Positions 13,176 through 27,070 of a stretch of 64,000 bases of DNA are shown here, piece after piece (the stretch's first letter is position 1; every line of letters begins with the position of its first letter). Below the pieces are notes generated by a model, which had not been told where the DNA came from, made no database searches, and was given only the letters and a program-made list of their open reading frames with translations. This DNA is from Octopus bimaculoides (Eukaryota), in contig NC_068982.1 in the NCBI RefSeq assembly GCF_001194135.2, positions 78,573,389 through 78,637,388 of the forward strand. Direction: 5' to 3'. Made by a program: the position numbers and the translations under genes.

Positions 13176-13596
13176 GTAGTTTTGTGCTTGTGTTTGTCCC
13201 CACTAATACTTAACAACTGATGTGGGTGATTGTTTATATCCCTGTAACTTAGCAGTTCAGCAACTGAAGCTGATAAAATAAATACCAAACTTAAAAAACA
13301 AAACATAAGTACTGAGATCAATTTGTTCATCTAAATTCTCCAAGGTAGTATTTCAGCATGGCCACAGTCCAATGTGACTGAAACAAGCAAAAGACAAAAA
13401 TATTTGATTCTGAGTAAAAGCTTTTTTTTTCTTTTTTTTTTTTTTGCTGATAATTATGGTTGAGTTATATTACACATATATATATATATATATGTTGCAC
13501 TCACATAGAAAAACGACAATCTTCTAACTCTATAAGAGAATAGTGCACAACAATATAACAGCAGCAGCAGCAGAAGTGCTTCTTAAGTGGTTATAC

Positions 13597-13691
13597 CATT
13601 GGCAGTTGCTTGTGCTTGAAGTGGATGTCACAGATAGTTGTAAGTGCCTTTGGCCCATAGATATTGAAACAGAACAGTCTATTGGTCCAGT
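13597..13691 (-). CDS. Candidate internal host exon (unidentified product)
   Basis: Acceptor ttatttcctttttatcatcag and donor ATG|GTATAA flank 95 nt open in two frames (WTNRLFCFNIYGPKALTTICDIHFKHKQLPM or TGPIDCSVSISMGQRHLQLSVTSTSSTSNCQ). Apparently unique sequence; no family recognised. Confidence 0.3.
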
Positions 13692-16422
13692 CTGATGATA
13701 AAAAGGAAATAACTGACATAAAATAATAATAAAATCAAACTATATTTAAGGTTTGTTTTAGAGGTTGTTAATTCAGCGAGGAGGTAGTAATCCCTGTTAC
13801 AGATTAACAAGGTTAAGAATAGGACAAAGATCACAGAAGTGTCTCAAGAAGACCATTTAATGATGACGGTGGTGGTGGTTGTGGTAGTGGTGGTGGTAGT
13901 GGTGGTGGTGGATGTAGTGGTGGTGGTGGTGGTGGTGGCTTGGGTTGAATGGTTTGACAGGATCTGATGGCTCACAGTATTGCATTATACCCACTGTCAT
14001 CTTAGCATGATTTCTGCAGCTGGATGCCCTTCCTAACACCAACTATTTTACAGTGTGTATTTGGTGTTGGTGGGTTCTTTATTTCTTTTTTGTGACAACA
14101 ACACTGATTCAGTTTGCAAGACTATGAGCCCCAAGGGAAGCAGTGTTATGATTGGAAATGAGGGATTAAAATATGTGAAAAAAGGCCCAGAATAGAACAA
14201 GTTTCCTGCTGTATAGGAGCTACATGGCTACCCACCTTTTAGAAGAGAGGGTGAGAGTGATTGGGATGGAGCTTGGAAGGGATAAAAAATAATGGTGATG
14301 AAGTGTCTGTGTGAGCCCTCAATGTAAGAAGTGAGTAGGAGTGAATAGGTGCAAAATTTGGAGTGTGGGTGGAGTGTGGAAGCAAGTAAGGGAGAATGAG
14401 AGAGGAGGAAGGGGTGAGGAACTAAATGTAATAAATGAAGAACAAGTGCTGAGTGGATAATACGAAGGGAAAGAATAATATCAAAAAATATTACATACAT
14501 ACATACAATAATTGTAATTTACATGGTGGTCTTACAGGAAACAGTATACACCATGGTAGAGACAGAGAATGAAAGAGATTTACTGCTCAGGGGGAGATAA
14601 TTGTTTTTAAGCATATCCATCTTTTGTCTTCTGTGGACAAATGTTTTTTTTTTCAGAGAGTGAAAAGAGTAAGAAGAGCATACATCTTATAGTATATAAT
14701 TATTTTATTATTATTCTTTGTTATTATTATCATAGTAGCCATGTGTGATTTCATCCTCATTTGGAATCTTCAGCATAACACATTTGAAACCAATATTCTA
14801 AGTGAAGCATGAATGCTGAAACTTCCTATGAATAGCTCTGTTACAAATTTAGTCCTTGATTTTTATATTTAGACACAGTTGTATGTTTTTTAGAGGGATA
14901 AAAAAAATAATTTAAAGTTCTTTTTGTTGTATCTTGGGAGGGTTATTATGCCAATAATAATCACACACAATGGTTTTATTTCACTTCTTTTACTATATAG
15001 TTGTCAATTGGGTGATTATTTAGCCAATTGGCTAATCAACTATTAGACTAATTGTTTGGTTTATCAATCGGTTAGTAAAGTTTGCCATATGAACTCCAGG
15101 CCTGTCTCAAACAGACCAAGAATAGAGAGGACATGTTATTGAAGAGGTTGCAAATAGTGTCAAAAGGGTTCTGATGAATGGAGCTGATTGATTGATTAAC
15201 CAAATGAACAACCAAACACTTGATTAGTTAATTGACTAAATAATTTACTAGTTGGCAAATAATATTGGCTTCAAATTTTAGGGGGAAAAGAGTAGTTGAT
15301 TACATCAGCCCCTGTACTTGTCTGGTACTTTATTTTATCAGCCTCTAAAGATGAAAGGCATAATCGACCTCAGCAGAATAGTTGGCAAATAATATTAAAT
15401 GAAGTGAAATAGAACCAGTGCATGTGTTTCTTATTGATATAATAAACCCTGCCTCCACAAGATACAACAAAATCCATTTCAATACATGATTTCACACTGA
15501 GATTCTTGCTAACCAAATACAAAAGCCAAATATTCTTTATACTTTGTGATAAGAAAAATGGTGATTAGTTGCTGTTTTTGGCTTTGTTTGAACAAACAAA
15601 CCCAAACTTTTTGATGGTACTTAAATATCTGCACTTGATTACTTGACAGACTAGGGAAAAAAATTAGCAGGAAGTACTTTGAGAAATCTTGTACTTGTTT
15701 AGTGTTTCTCTTATAATTACGTTCAAGTATTTATCATTGGTTCTACAGTGTCAGGATTAACCCACAACAGTTCCATTGCCATTGGCTAATCTCAAGACAA
15801 TCCTAGAAACATTATCATTCGGATAATTTTTTTCTTTCTGTTTTTTTTTTTTTTTTNNNNNNNNNNNNNNNNNNNNNNNNNNNNNNNNNNNNNNNNNNNN
15901 NNNNNNNNNNNNNNNNNNNNNNNNNNNNNNNNNNNNNNNNNNNNNNNNNNNNNNNNNNNNNNNNNNNNNNNNNNNNNNNNNNNNNNNNNNNNNNNNNNNN
16001 NNNNNNNNNNNNNNNNNNNNNNNNNNNNNNNNNNNNNNNNNNNNNNNNNNNNNNNNNNNNNNNNNNNNNNNNNNNNNNNNNNNNNNNNNNNNNNNNNNNN
16101 NNNNNNNNNNNNNNNNNNNNNNNNNNNNNNNNNNNNNNNNNNNNNNNNNNNNNNNNNNNNNNNNNNNNNNNNNNNNNNNNNNNNNNNNNNNNNNNNNNNN
16201 NNNNNNNNNNNNNNNNNNNNNNNNNNNNNNNNNNNNNNNNNNNNNNNNNNNNNNNNNNNNNNNNNNNNNNNNNNNNNNNNNNNNNNNNNNNNNNNNNNNN
16301 NNNNNNNNNNNNNNNNNNNNNNNNNNNNNNNNNNNNNNNNNNNNNNNNNNNNNNNNNNNNNNNNNNNNNNNNNNNNNNNNNNNNNNNNNNNNNNNNNNNN
16401 NNNNNNNNNNNNNNNNNNNNNN

Positions 16423-17205
16423 ATCTGTGAGAAAAACAGCACCATGATACAATCCACTCTGCCAGAAATTTGAAAATGACATGCTGCACTGCTTAGCATT
16501 CACACCGGAAGCTTCAATACGAACATCTCAGAGTGTTTGGGTGTCAATCTGAGGACAATGGAATCTGAGGCCATGTACCGAGAGTGATAAAAACCAAACA
16601 TCCAGTCAACATCATGATGTTTGGAGTGATCATTAGTGATGGCAACATTATGCCTCCATTCATCTTCCCACATGGCCTCACACTCAATGTGGAGACCTAC
16701 ATCAAGTGCCTGGAAGAGGTAGTATTGCCTTGGATCAAGAGGATGACTGCTGGAAGACCCTATGTCTGGCTACAGGACTCAGCATCATGCCGCACAAGCA
16801 AAAGAACCCAGTCAAGGCTGTCAGACAAATTTCTGTGACCACATCAACCCTAACATCTGGCCACCTTTCTCCCCAGACTGCAGCCCCCTTGTGTATTATG
16901 TGTGTGGTGCAGTTGAGCAAGTGACCAACAAAACTCCTTGTAACACCAAAGATGAACTGAAGGCAAGAATTATGGCAACATTCACCAACTTAAGCAAGGA
17001 GGCCATCCAGAAGAGTTGCAGGAGATTCTGAAGTTGTCCGAATGCCATAGTTGAAGCCTTTGGCGATTTTACTGAATAAATTTATTTTTTAGTATTTCAA
17101 GATATTTTTTATGTAATTTTGGTAAACATATCTGTTAAAATGAAATGTCAGTGTTATTTTCATTTTTGCATAATCTAGATGACAATTTATTCATTACACC
17201 CAGTG
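16423..17205 (+). mobile_element. Internally deleted Tc1/maT-like (DD37D-type) DNA transposon
   Basis: KTKHPVNIMMFGVIISDGNIMPPFIFPHGL.LNVETYIKCLEEVVLPWI...YVWLQDSA.C.TS and NIWPPFSPDC. The right TIR ...gacaatttattcattacacccagtg matches the end of the 31.9 kb copy. Confidence 0.85.
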
Positions 17206-18289
17206 TGTATACTTACATACATCCATCCATACATACATGAGTGCATGCGCGTGTGTGTGTATTTTGAAGTAAGCCTGTTCAGCTGGATGTGCAAATGACA
17301 AAGTACAAGTGGGTTGAGTGGAAAAATGAGTGTAAGAGGAATCAGATGTTATGTGCAAAAGAGAAACTGCCTTGGTATAGTCATATGATATTTATAGATG
17401 AGGCTCCGTAAAGAGATGCCAGTCACTTATGTTAGCTGGAGTCTTTCAAAGAAGAGATCTGAGGAAAAAGTGGAATGAGGTGGTGAAGAATGATCTCAGG
17501 ATGTTGAGCCTCAAGAGAAGATTACAAATGACCATTTATGATGGATGATATGTAGTGTTCAATAAAACCTGTCCAGCTATGCTAGTATGATAGAAGATTT
17601 GAAGGCATAATGTATATGCCCACAACTGAGGTTGTGGAAACATGTGTATGCACATTACGCACACTGCCGAGTCCTATATCAAATGTCCCTGTCAAGTGCA
17701 TGACTGCCTTTTTCCCTTCTTTTACTCTCTATCTAGACAACAGGGTCCCACCCTCAAACCACTTCCTGTTAACAATCCATCCCTCATCCTCACCATTGCC
17801 ACTCCCACACTTATATGTACCATCACTTTTATGATCATCCACTTTATTTTACTCCTCTTCACTCCCCCACCCAATCTCTTGCAATCTTTAACCCTGTCCC
17901 TCATTTCTCTACCACTCAGTCTCTCCATCATTCCCTTGTCTACAGTATGATTTTTGCTGCTGTGAGTAATGAAATTAGAAATTGTTACTACATACCATAT
18001 CATATCATTTCTGAACTGCCAATCATCACTCCCACTCCTCTGAGTTGCTCTCAGTTGACATTTGTATATCATTCTTATTATCTTCCCAATTCAAATTTAC
18101 CATTGATCGACCCCATCTTTGTTCACCACTTGCTATATCCACCTCCTATATACCTCTGGCCACCTCCTCTCTGTTTATATCCACCTCTCACACTTCCCCA
18201 TAAATAAAAGGCTCTACAAAGAAATGCATGTGGAGACACTCATAATCTACAAATAGAGGGTAAGTGACTCTTTTCATTCTCCTTCTCTC

Positions 18290-21200
18290 TGACTTACACT
18301 GCATTGCTCTGAACAGGCACATGGCCTAGGGTCACCTTGAAAACAAGATCACCTAATCAATGACCTCTGGTCACTAAGTTTAGATGTAATAGCTATCTGA
18401 CCGACAAGCTTTCATGCTTATTTTTGGTGGAAATGAGATTTACTTATATTCATGTCAACTAGGAATGGTGGGTGGAACTGTGGTGTTGTTCCAGAGAGGT
18501 CTAGATCTGAAGATAAGAGCTATCTTCCTGGACCCATAAGGTAAGTTGGTGGTCCTGGATGTAAACAGTAGCAATGGGGGAGCCTTCAGACTGATGACTG
18601 TTTGTGCTCTGACAGGAGCAGGACAACCAGTTTTCTTCAAATGTGCTAATGGGTGACTGGAACACCATCTTGGATACATATTTGGATTATGGGCAGCTAG
18701 CTGTAAGAAGAGTGGGTGTACAAATGTCTCACAAACCAGCTCAAATATTTTCAACTGCCTGACAGGCAGTTGAAAATATACGCCTGACTTGATTTCCCAA
18801 ATGTACCATGGATGAACTGCATCAGGTCATCTATGTTGTATCTACATAGTGTATTTTATAGACCAGTAGATAAGGATAGTATAAGCTGTCCACTTTTTCA
18901 AATTGTTAGCTACGCAGACCACAAATTTGTGATCTGCACAGTCGACTTAGATTCCACAGGTAGGGACCTGGTTACTGGACACTGAATGCATCACTCCTGG
19001 CATGCTAAGCTTACAGAGACCAGATTAGCGAATTAGTTAAGCAGACATTGATGGGGCTAATCATAAACAACAAATGGTGGTTTGCCCTGAAAAGGGCAAT
19101 TAGAGTAGAATTGATTAGGTTTAGTAAGGTATTAGCAATAGAAAGAAATGGAGTAAAGGGGTAACTTAGAAACTTAGAAAAGGTGCTTAGGAAAAGTATT
19201 GCAATCAATGTACTGCAGTGATATTGGCCGTTGACTCATCCTCCAATGCTAAGTATGACAGATACATTGTCAGAGGTAAGATGTATGTTCTAAGAAACAA
19301 GGGAATGAAAGCCATTTGATGGACCCAAGTGGCAGAGGCACGATGTGATAACAAAGCCAGAATTCAGTCTTTGGTGGAACAAAATGGCCACATGGTACTT
19401 GAGCCCTAGATGATGTGTGTGGAATTTCAGCAGCACTTTGCCCAACTGTTTAAGACAAACGGCAGGCCAGAACACAGATGGACTTCAGATGGATGGTAAG
19501 TGGGTACAGAGCATTGCAAAATGTTGATAACAGCTGCAAAAATACAGAATGTGATGATGGGCTGCAAGTAAAGAAAATCACCTGGTTTGGATAGTCTGTC
19601 CTAAGTGCTTTACTTTTATGTGTCACCTCTTAACAGATATCGTCTACAAACAGCAGCAGAACAGGAGAATTCCTAGTTCTGTGAGTTGAGGAGCAGTGGA
19701 TCTACCAAGAAATGACTCAATAAAGAGGGATTAAATAGAAAATTTTAGGCCCATAATGCTGCTGAACACAGATTTCAAAATAAGGTATTACAAAGAGATT
19801 GGCACTTGTCATGGAGGATCTGATTGGTGATGCCAAGCAAATCTATCCATGGCAACCTCCACCTCATGCTATATATCATAGATAGGGTGGGTAAGAAAAC
19901 TGGTATGGATGAGGCCCTGATCAATTTGGATCAGTCTAAAGTTTTCTATAGGGTTGATCACCAATACTCGGTGGCCGTTTTCACAGCAGCAGGTTTCAGT
20001 CCTGTTTTCTGTAGATAGATTACTACAATGTATAGCGACATCTGCTTGGCAGTTCTGGTGAATGGCTACTTATAAGGACTTTTCAGTATCATGTGCTTTG
20101 TCGGTCAAAGGAGTCCGCTGTTGTCTCTTCTGTATGTACTGACTCTAGAGCCACTGCTGCAGAGATGGGAGGTATTGAGAGGCATCTTGCATGAATTAAG
20201 ACATAGGAGAACTGTGTTGTCATATGCAGATAACATCACTATCATAGTGTTGAACACCAAGCATATAGATCTGGTCAGCACTGCTATAAAAGAATACAAG
20301 GTAGTGACAGGAGCAAAAATTAATCAAGAAAAGTCGGTGGGGTTGCAGCTCAGCGCCTGGAAAGGCAGGTCCAGGTTGTCTAATAATGTTGTGGAATGCT
20401 GGACAGAGGAACTGGTTAAATTGCTTGGGGTCTGGTTTCGTCTGAATCACCAGGTGGAGGAGAACTGGGACAAGGTGATGAGCAGGGTTGCCAATCTCAC
20501 CCAGAAGTGGGCAGGGAGAAATCTATCACTAAAAGATTGGGCAAAGGTAGTGAATGCTTTTATGGCTTCCATCATATATTACCACCTTACAATCATGCCT
20601 TGCTCCAGTTTATGGCAGACCAAACTGGAGCACACACATCTACTTTCTGTGGAAGGGATATGTTCCTCTGGTTAGGTGCACCATTTGCTGTCAACACTTG
20701 CTGAACGGTGAACTGTGCATGCCATGGCTGCTGATGCAAAGACATGTGCTAAGACTATGACATCTCCAGTATTTCCTTGATAGTGAGCAGGTGTGGTCAC
20801 TGTTTGTCAGATGGAATTTTCCACAGCTTGTCTCTTTGACTGGGCTGCAGTCCTGGATCAAGAATAGATCGAGGAAGGGCACCTGGCACCTAGAGTGCTG
20901 TCAGGTGCTCACAATTTTCTGTCAGTCAGGCAATGCAGTTGGTGGAAGCTTCACTCTGGCATTCTATAGAGGGTTAGTGGTGGGCAAGTACAATGATGTC
21001 CTCTGGGCATTAACGAGAATCAGCTGGCCGGTCAGTTTCAGAGGACTTTAGAGATGGGACTTATTGATAATTTCCAGAAATCCTTGACCTGGCAGAGCAG
21101 CTTGGGTGCATGATCAGTTCAGAATAAACTCTGCCTGTAGAGACATGGAAGTGCTGTCAGCCAGGCTTGCCTGAGCTGTACACAGAATGACAAAACTGTC

Positions 21201-21760
21201 CTGCATGCTCTTGTCCAGTGCCTGAACATTGCTGACTTGTGAGTCTATATTGAACACCTGCTGTCATGTATAGGATGGATCAGGCTCTTGGCTGAGTCTG
21301 TAGTGAAGATCACCCTGTTACCATCCTTTGGCCAGGAAGGGCTGAGAGCGTCTCTTTGCCTGGTGATCTTAGTGAAAGTGGTTAAGTGGGGTGGGGGGAG
21401 CAGATTAAAAGGGCTGAAGACAGATACGTTCCTCTTTGGACAATCCCTCATTAACATTTTAAGTTTTACTTGAAAGGGAAAGTGAGGGTACAGAGGGAAG
21501 TGTCACCTCCCAGCAATCTTGTTAAAGGTTGGATGAATGTTGCAAGAATAACCTGAGCAGGCACCTATATGATGAAGGAAGATGAAGTAGAGAGGGCACT
21601 TGCCCTCATGGTCAGGGTGAATGTGATTTTGTAGGGTCCTCATGAGCAGCCCTAGGAACTCACCCTCTTTTGAGGAATTATTCATTGTTATAATTTTATA
21701 TTGTTACTGTGGTATTGAACCGGATATTTGTTGTAGCCCATCTTTTATATGAAAATAAAA
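18290..21760 (+). mobile_element. L1/Tx1-clade LINE ORF2 (APE endonuclease-RT-CCHC), decayed
   Basis: APE: LINDLWSLSLDVIAI, GKLVVLDV, VLMGDWNTILD, SYADHKFV. RT: NFRPIMLLNTDFKI, LINLDQSKVFYRVDH, GQRSPLLSLLYVLTLEPL, SYADNITI, GAKINQEKS, VKLLGVWF, RNLSLK. CCHC: CLSC...KTVLHALVQC. A-rich 3' end near 21750. Confidence 0.9.
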
Positions 21761-23110
21761 CAATGTACATGATAACACTTCCAATTAGTTAAGATCAGAA
21801 ACCAAGAGAGCTATGAGAGCCACTGTCTGGTACTGCATCAGAGCATTTATTATCATCATCATCGTTATTATTATTATTATTATTTGTGTAAAATTGTTTA
21901 CAGGCATTGTATTTTTAAAAGATGAAGAAGCTGTTAACAATGCAGAGCTGGCAGAATATTAGAGCTCTGGAAAAAAAAGGCATTGTTATTTGTTCTGGCT
22001 TTTTATATTCTAAGTTCAAATCTTGCTGGATGAACATTATATATAAAATAAAATGAAGTACTAGTGAAATATGGAGGTGGGGGTAAAAGGTTTCAACTAG
22101 GCATGCCCCTCTCTTCAAAATTATTGACTTTGTGCCTTCATCAAAGATTTTCTTACTGAAACTAAACGACACTCATTTTAATCTATATTTTTCTATTTTC
22201 TTTTAGATTTTGAGTTCAAATTCTGTCAAGTTCAACTTTGCCTTTCATCTTTTCCAGCTTGATAAAATAAGACTGGGATCAATTCAACTCACTACTCCCA
22301 CCCTTAATATGTGTGACTTTGAATCAATATTTGAAATCAATATGTAACATATTTACATCTCTTATTAAAAAGTGAACTGCTGCTGATAAATAACATGTTG
22401 ATTGACCAGCTAACATTACATTACAAGTGTTTTGTTATGTATCAGCGAAGGACATTAAATCATATGTGTCTAATTATATGTACGAAAATGCTACAAGATC
22501 TGGTAATATCACTATGACAGGCTAATGATCTGTCTGTGAGATTAATATTTCACCTACCAAACACTATGAACTTAACCAAATAGACTGTGCAGCCATATCA
22601 AGACAGTTGTGCTACACCTCTTGCAATTTACCCACTGCGTGTCAGAAACTACAGTATGGGCCTTAGTTAGGAGGAGATTGAGTAGAAATAGATGGATCAA
22701 GAGGTTACAAGTTGTTGTCTAGCCAACCATCTGTGTGCAATAAGACCGTTCAATCAGGACTGACCTGGGGCAAACCTATCCTAATACTAATCATTGGGAG
22801 AATCCAGCACTGCATCTCCCTCTAAAGTATACTTTCACTGTCAGTTTGTTAAAACATTTGTTGGTTTTACCGGGCTACTACTGCTGCTTCAAGCTGAAAG
22901 CATTTAGCTTTACTGACTGGCAAGCAGACAGTACATGCTGAGCCATTAAATATTTAGATACCTGGTCCATGTTAACACTAGGACCACATTGATAACTTTT
23001 CAACACTGGTATTCACCGACCAGTCAACTCATTCATTTGGGACATACATTAATGCACACACATACATGTGCATGCACACAAGCACACACACACACACACA
23101 CACGCGCGCA

Positions 23111-23144
<34 letters not shown>

Positions 23145-23585
23145 TTATTAATTTTTAAAATGTATGTCATTCTGTGCAACCAAAATCTTGTTTTTACAAT
23201 TACTATTTTTTCAGATTATTAACCTTATCTTCAGAGACAAAATATATTTTAATATTTACATCAACATCTATTTTATTACTCTGGTTTCATAAAACGATCA
23301 AAAAAGAATAAAATCTATGGAGCCAAGGTAGTCTGATGTTGATTATAATTGGTTACAAATTAAATCTTTTATTACAATCATAATCAAATTACATTAATCT
23401 ATTCATCTCAATCTGAGAAACTAAAAATAGATACTGCCCTCAGGGTCATTCTAATGGTATTATAGGCCCTTGAGCTTAGCAATACAGTAGGACCTCCAAC
23501 ATATGCAACCACTGCATACATAGATTAGCATTGGAACCCTCTGAGGCCCATGGGGCTTCTGGGAAATTGTCTGATTGGCACATAC

Positions 23586-23686
23586 CTTTAGATTGTGCTC
23601 ACTGTTTGTATTTTCTTCAAAGCTGATTTTCTTCAAAGGACATCTAACAATAGAAGTATTTGGTTCAAAATGCACTGAGACCTTCC
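23586..23686 (-). CDS. Candidate internal host exon (unidentified product)
   Basis: Acceptor ttttatatccaagcag and strong donor AAG|GTATGT. The 101 nt are open in only one frame: (G)KVSVHFEPNTSIVRCPLKKISFEENTNSEHNLK. Confidence 0.35.
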
Positions 23687-25224
23687 CTGCTTGGATATAA
23701 AACCAACTTAAACCACCCCACAAAAGAAAAGGAAAATGCAAGAAAATTGATTAACTGTTTTGTTGCCATATTTCTGTTGAAGAACCACACTGCATTTTTC
23801 AATTAAATTTGGAAATAATGAAGAATTTTATCATTTTATAAATTTGTCATTATCAAACTGGTATTTTGAATATGAATTGCCATGAAATTTTGGATAGGAA
23901 GCTTTCATTTAGATGATTTTAAAACATGAAGTGTACATCATCAAGCTAGGGGTGGTCTTTAGTGGAGTAAAGGAGATTCTCAATTATACAATACCACTGA
24001 AACTTACAATAATGAGCTCAACTAATTTATAGAATATATTTAGAGGAAGGTTGACATTGTTGATGAGATCCTGTACAAACTTTATTGCGCTGGAGTAGCC
24101 TTTGGTCTTTTTGGGCATGAGTGTACAAGAAACAAATCTCAAAGACTGACTGTCTACATGTCTGTCTACATGTCTGTAATTGTCACAATCCCTTTCTATA
24201 GATTGAAACTATGGACAACCTGAAAACTTAGAACATTTTCATTATCAATGCCTTAGAAGCATTGAAATCAGCTGGGACAATGATTGAATGAAGATCAGTG
24301 AAGCTCAATGAAGCTAAAACAACCAATATTGAAGAAATTATCATCAAAAACTAATTGAGGTGTGGTGGTGGGTTGGGGGTTTCATCTCAGCTAAATGATT
24401 GGTAATCAGCTTCAAAAACATGCTTTCTATTACCAACTGAATGAAAGAAAGCACTCAAAAGGTCAGCTGAAGAAATACTTTAAGGATTAGTTAAAAGGGA
24501 ATCTGAAGTTCTGAGACATTGTCAGGGTGAAATGAGAAGGAAGAACTGGTAAGAGACCATCTTAAGGAGAGAAAACTACTTCATCAGGGAGCCAAACTCT
24601 TTGAAAATGAAAGAAATAAACCTTTTGAAGAAAAAAAAAGATTAAAAAAATTACTGCTGATATTGGTCTACATCACAATTATAAGCCTACAAGGTCACTC
24701 ACCTTCACATGGTGGTGTATAAACCATGTGTGGCCTATAATAGGTCAGTTGAATGGTAGAAATAAATTATAGACGCTAATAATTTGAGGAAATAGAATAG
24801 TAAATGTTCTCTTGTGTGATCTCACAAATGTGATAACTCTAAGTGCATTGAGTCACATCTGAGAGACTATTTCCTTTTTCTGTATCAAGTTGGTTCTTAT
24901 AATGACCAAAACCAGACTTCTTTCTAGAACACTTGCAAGTTTATATTCATCTTATCAATTGATCCAGGCCTATAACAAGTTCGCAGCATTGCAATACTTA
25001 TTTGTATTTTTCCCTTTCATACACCATCATAGCACTGCTTGGTCTTGGCTTTTCTTCTGTTTGGCACCAGTGAGTGGGGGTGATGAAAGACAAATCCCTT
25101 AGACTTAGTACAACAAGCAAACAAATATCCCAACAGTGTCTTGTTCTGTGACATATAACCACCATTGACCATAAAATGCAGTGCTCATGATGGAGGACAC
25201 ATTGCTGACCCTTTAATTGGGTCT

Positions 25225-25555
25225 CTAAAGGTGCATGGCTCAGTGGTTAGAGTGTCAGGCTCACAGTCATGAAGTAGTAAGTTTGATTCCTGGACTGGAC
25301 TGTGTCTTGTGTTCTTGAGCAAGATACTTTATTTCATGTTGCTCCAGTTCACTCAGCTGTAGAAATGAGTTGCAGCGTCACTTATGCCCTTGGATAACAT
25401 TGGTGGCACAGAGAGGGGAGGCTGGTATGCATGAGCAATTGTTGGTCTTCCATAAACAACCTTACCTGAACTTGTGCCTCGGTGTGAAACTTTCTAGATG
25501 CAGTCCCATGGTCTCTCATGACCAAATGGGGGTCTGTAAGATTCTACTAACTTAG
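25225..25555 (+). mobile_element. tRNA-derived SINE (family 1)
   Basis: catggctcagtggttagagtgtcagg..gtttgattcctggac..tgtgttcttgagcaagatactt..gctccagttcactcagctg. Confidence 0.8.
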
Positions 25556-25829
25556 GTATCTGCAGTTCTCAGTTATTTTGTTTCAACATTTTACATGGAG
25601 ATACTGAAAGCTCAAGTTCTACTGGGCTGGATATATTACAAGGTTCACAGATTAGAGGTAGGCCTGTATAGTTGTCAAATGATATCCAAAAGATCAGAAG
25701 ATATCACTCATAAGACATCCAAAACAATACTAAGATGACAGACAAACAATTCAGACTCAGCCAGTAAAGAAGGACACAATCAAGGAAAGAATGGAAGTGC
25801 ATTGTGACCAGTGATGTAGAGAGGCATCT

Positions 25830-26240
25830 TTTATCTGTTTATCTTTTACTTGTTTCAGTTATTGGTCTGTGACTAACATGGGGCACAGCCTTGAAGGGCT
25901 TAGTTGACCACAGCATTTATTTTTTTTAAGTTTGCTACTTATTTTATTGGTTTCTTTTGCTGAACTGCTAAGTTATGAGAATGTAAACAAACCAACACTA
26001 GTTGTCAAGTAGTGGTGGGGTACGAGCACAAACACAAAGAACCATACGCACACATGCGCACATGCACACACATACACACACACACAACTGGCTTCTTTCA
26101 GCTTCCATCTCTCAAATTCACTTATATGGCACTGGTTGGTCCTGGGGTTATTGTAGAAGACATTTACCCAAGGTGTAATACAGTGGGACTGAACATGAAA
26201 CCACATGGTTACAAAGAAAGCTTCTTAACCATATAGCTTG
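25830..26240 (-). mobile_element. SINE family 2 with internal (CA)n
   Basis: Tail cttttacttgtttcagt at the left, head ..gggactgaacatgaaaccacatggtt at the right. Confidence 0.8.
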
Positions 26241-26249
26241 ATCTAAAGT

Positions 26250-26460
26250 GGTGAGCTGACAGAATCGTTAGCACACCGGGCAAAATGCTTAATGGCATTT
26301 TGTCTGTCTTTATGAACTGAGTTCAAATTTTGCTGGGGCTGACTTTGCCTTTCATCCTTTTGGGGTTGATTAAAATAAGTACCAGTCAAACACTGGGGTT
26401 GAAGTAATTGACTAAACCCCTCCTCTGGAATTACTGACCTTGTGACAAAATTTAAAACCT
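26250..26460 (+). mobile_element. tRNA-derived SINE (family 3)
   Basis: gagctgacagaatcgttagcacaccgggcaaaatgctt..gagttcaaatt..ttcatccttttgggg..aataagtaccag. Confidence 0.85.
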
Positions 26461-26999
26461 CATAGCCTGGTCTAAAAAAAACCCAACATGGAAATCACTA
26501 TACTGTGTAATAAAATGATGGGAATACAACAGTACCAATCCCTTAAACCCTACAAAAAAATCCTATCTATGTTAACATGGAAGGAAAACAGCTAGTAAAA
26601 GACAGGAAAGGGGTGGCGGCGTAAATATTTGAATTTCAGAATTATTTTAAACACTTTATCAGAAACTATAATATTGTGACAACAGGTATAAAAGAAATAT
26701 TTTGAGGTGAGCCAAATCATCATCATCAACAACAACATTTAATGTCCGTTTACCATCCTGGCATGGGTTGGATGGTTTGGCAGGAACTGACAAGGCCAGT
26801 GTCCACACTGGGCTCCATAGTGTCTGTTTTGGCTTGGTTTCTACAGCTGGGTGCCCTTTACAGAGTGTACTGGGTGCTTTTTATGTGACACCATCACCTA
26901 TATGTTTGTATTATGTGTGTGTGTATAAATATTAATATATACATATGAGCGTACACACACACATGCACACACACATACATACATATACATACAGTTATA

Positions 27000-27070
<71 letters not shown>

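Noticed and set aside
21900-21965. Plus-strand acceptor with IVFLKDEEAVNNAELAEY* as a terminal exon
   Set aside because: The second half is the gagctggcagaat head of a family-3 SINE.
24030-24200. GHECTRNKSQRLTV, resembling Tigger G.K.SKERLTV
   Set aside because: A single short motif with no supporting frame or TIR.
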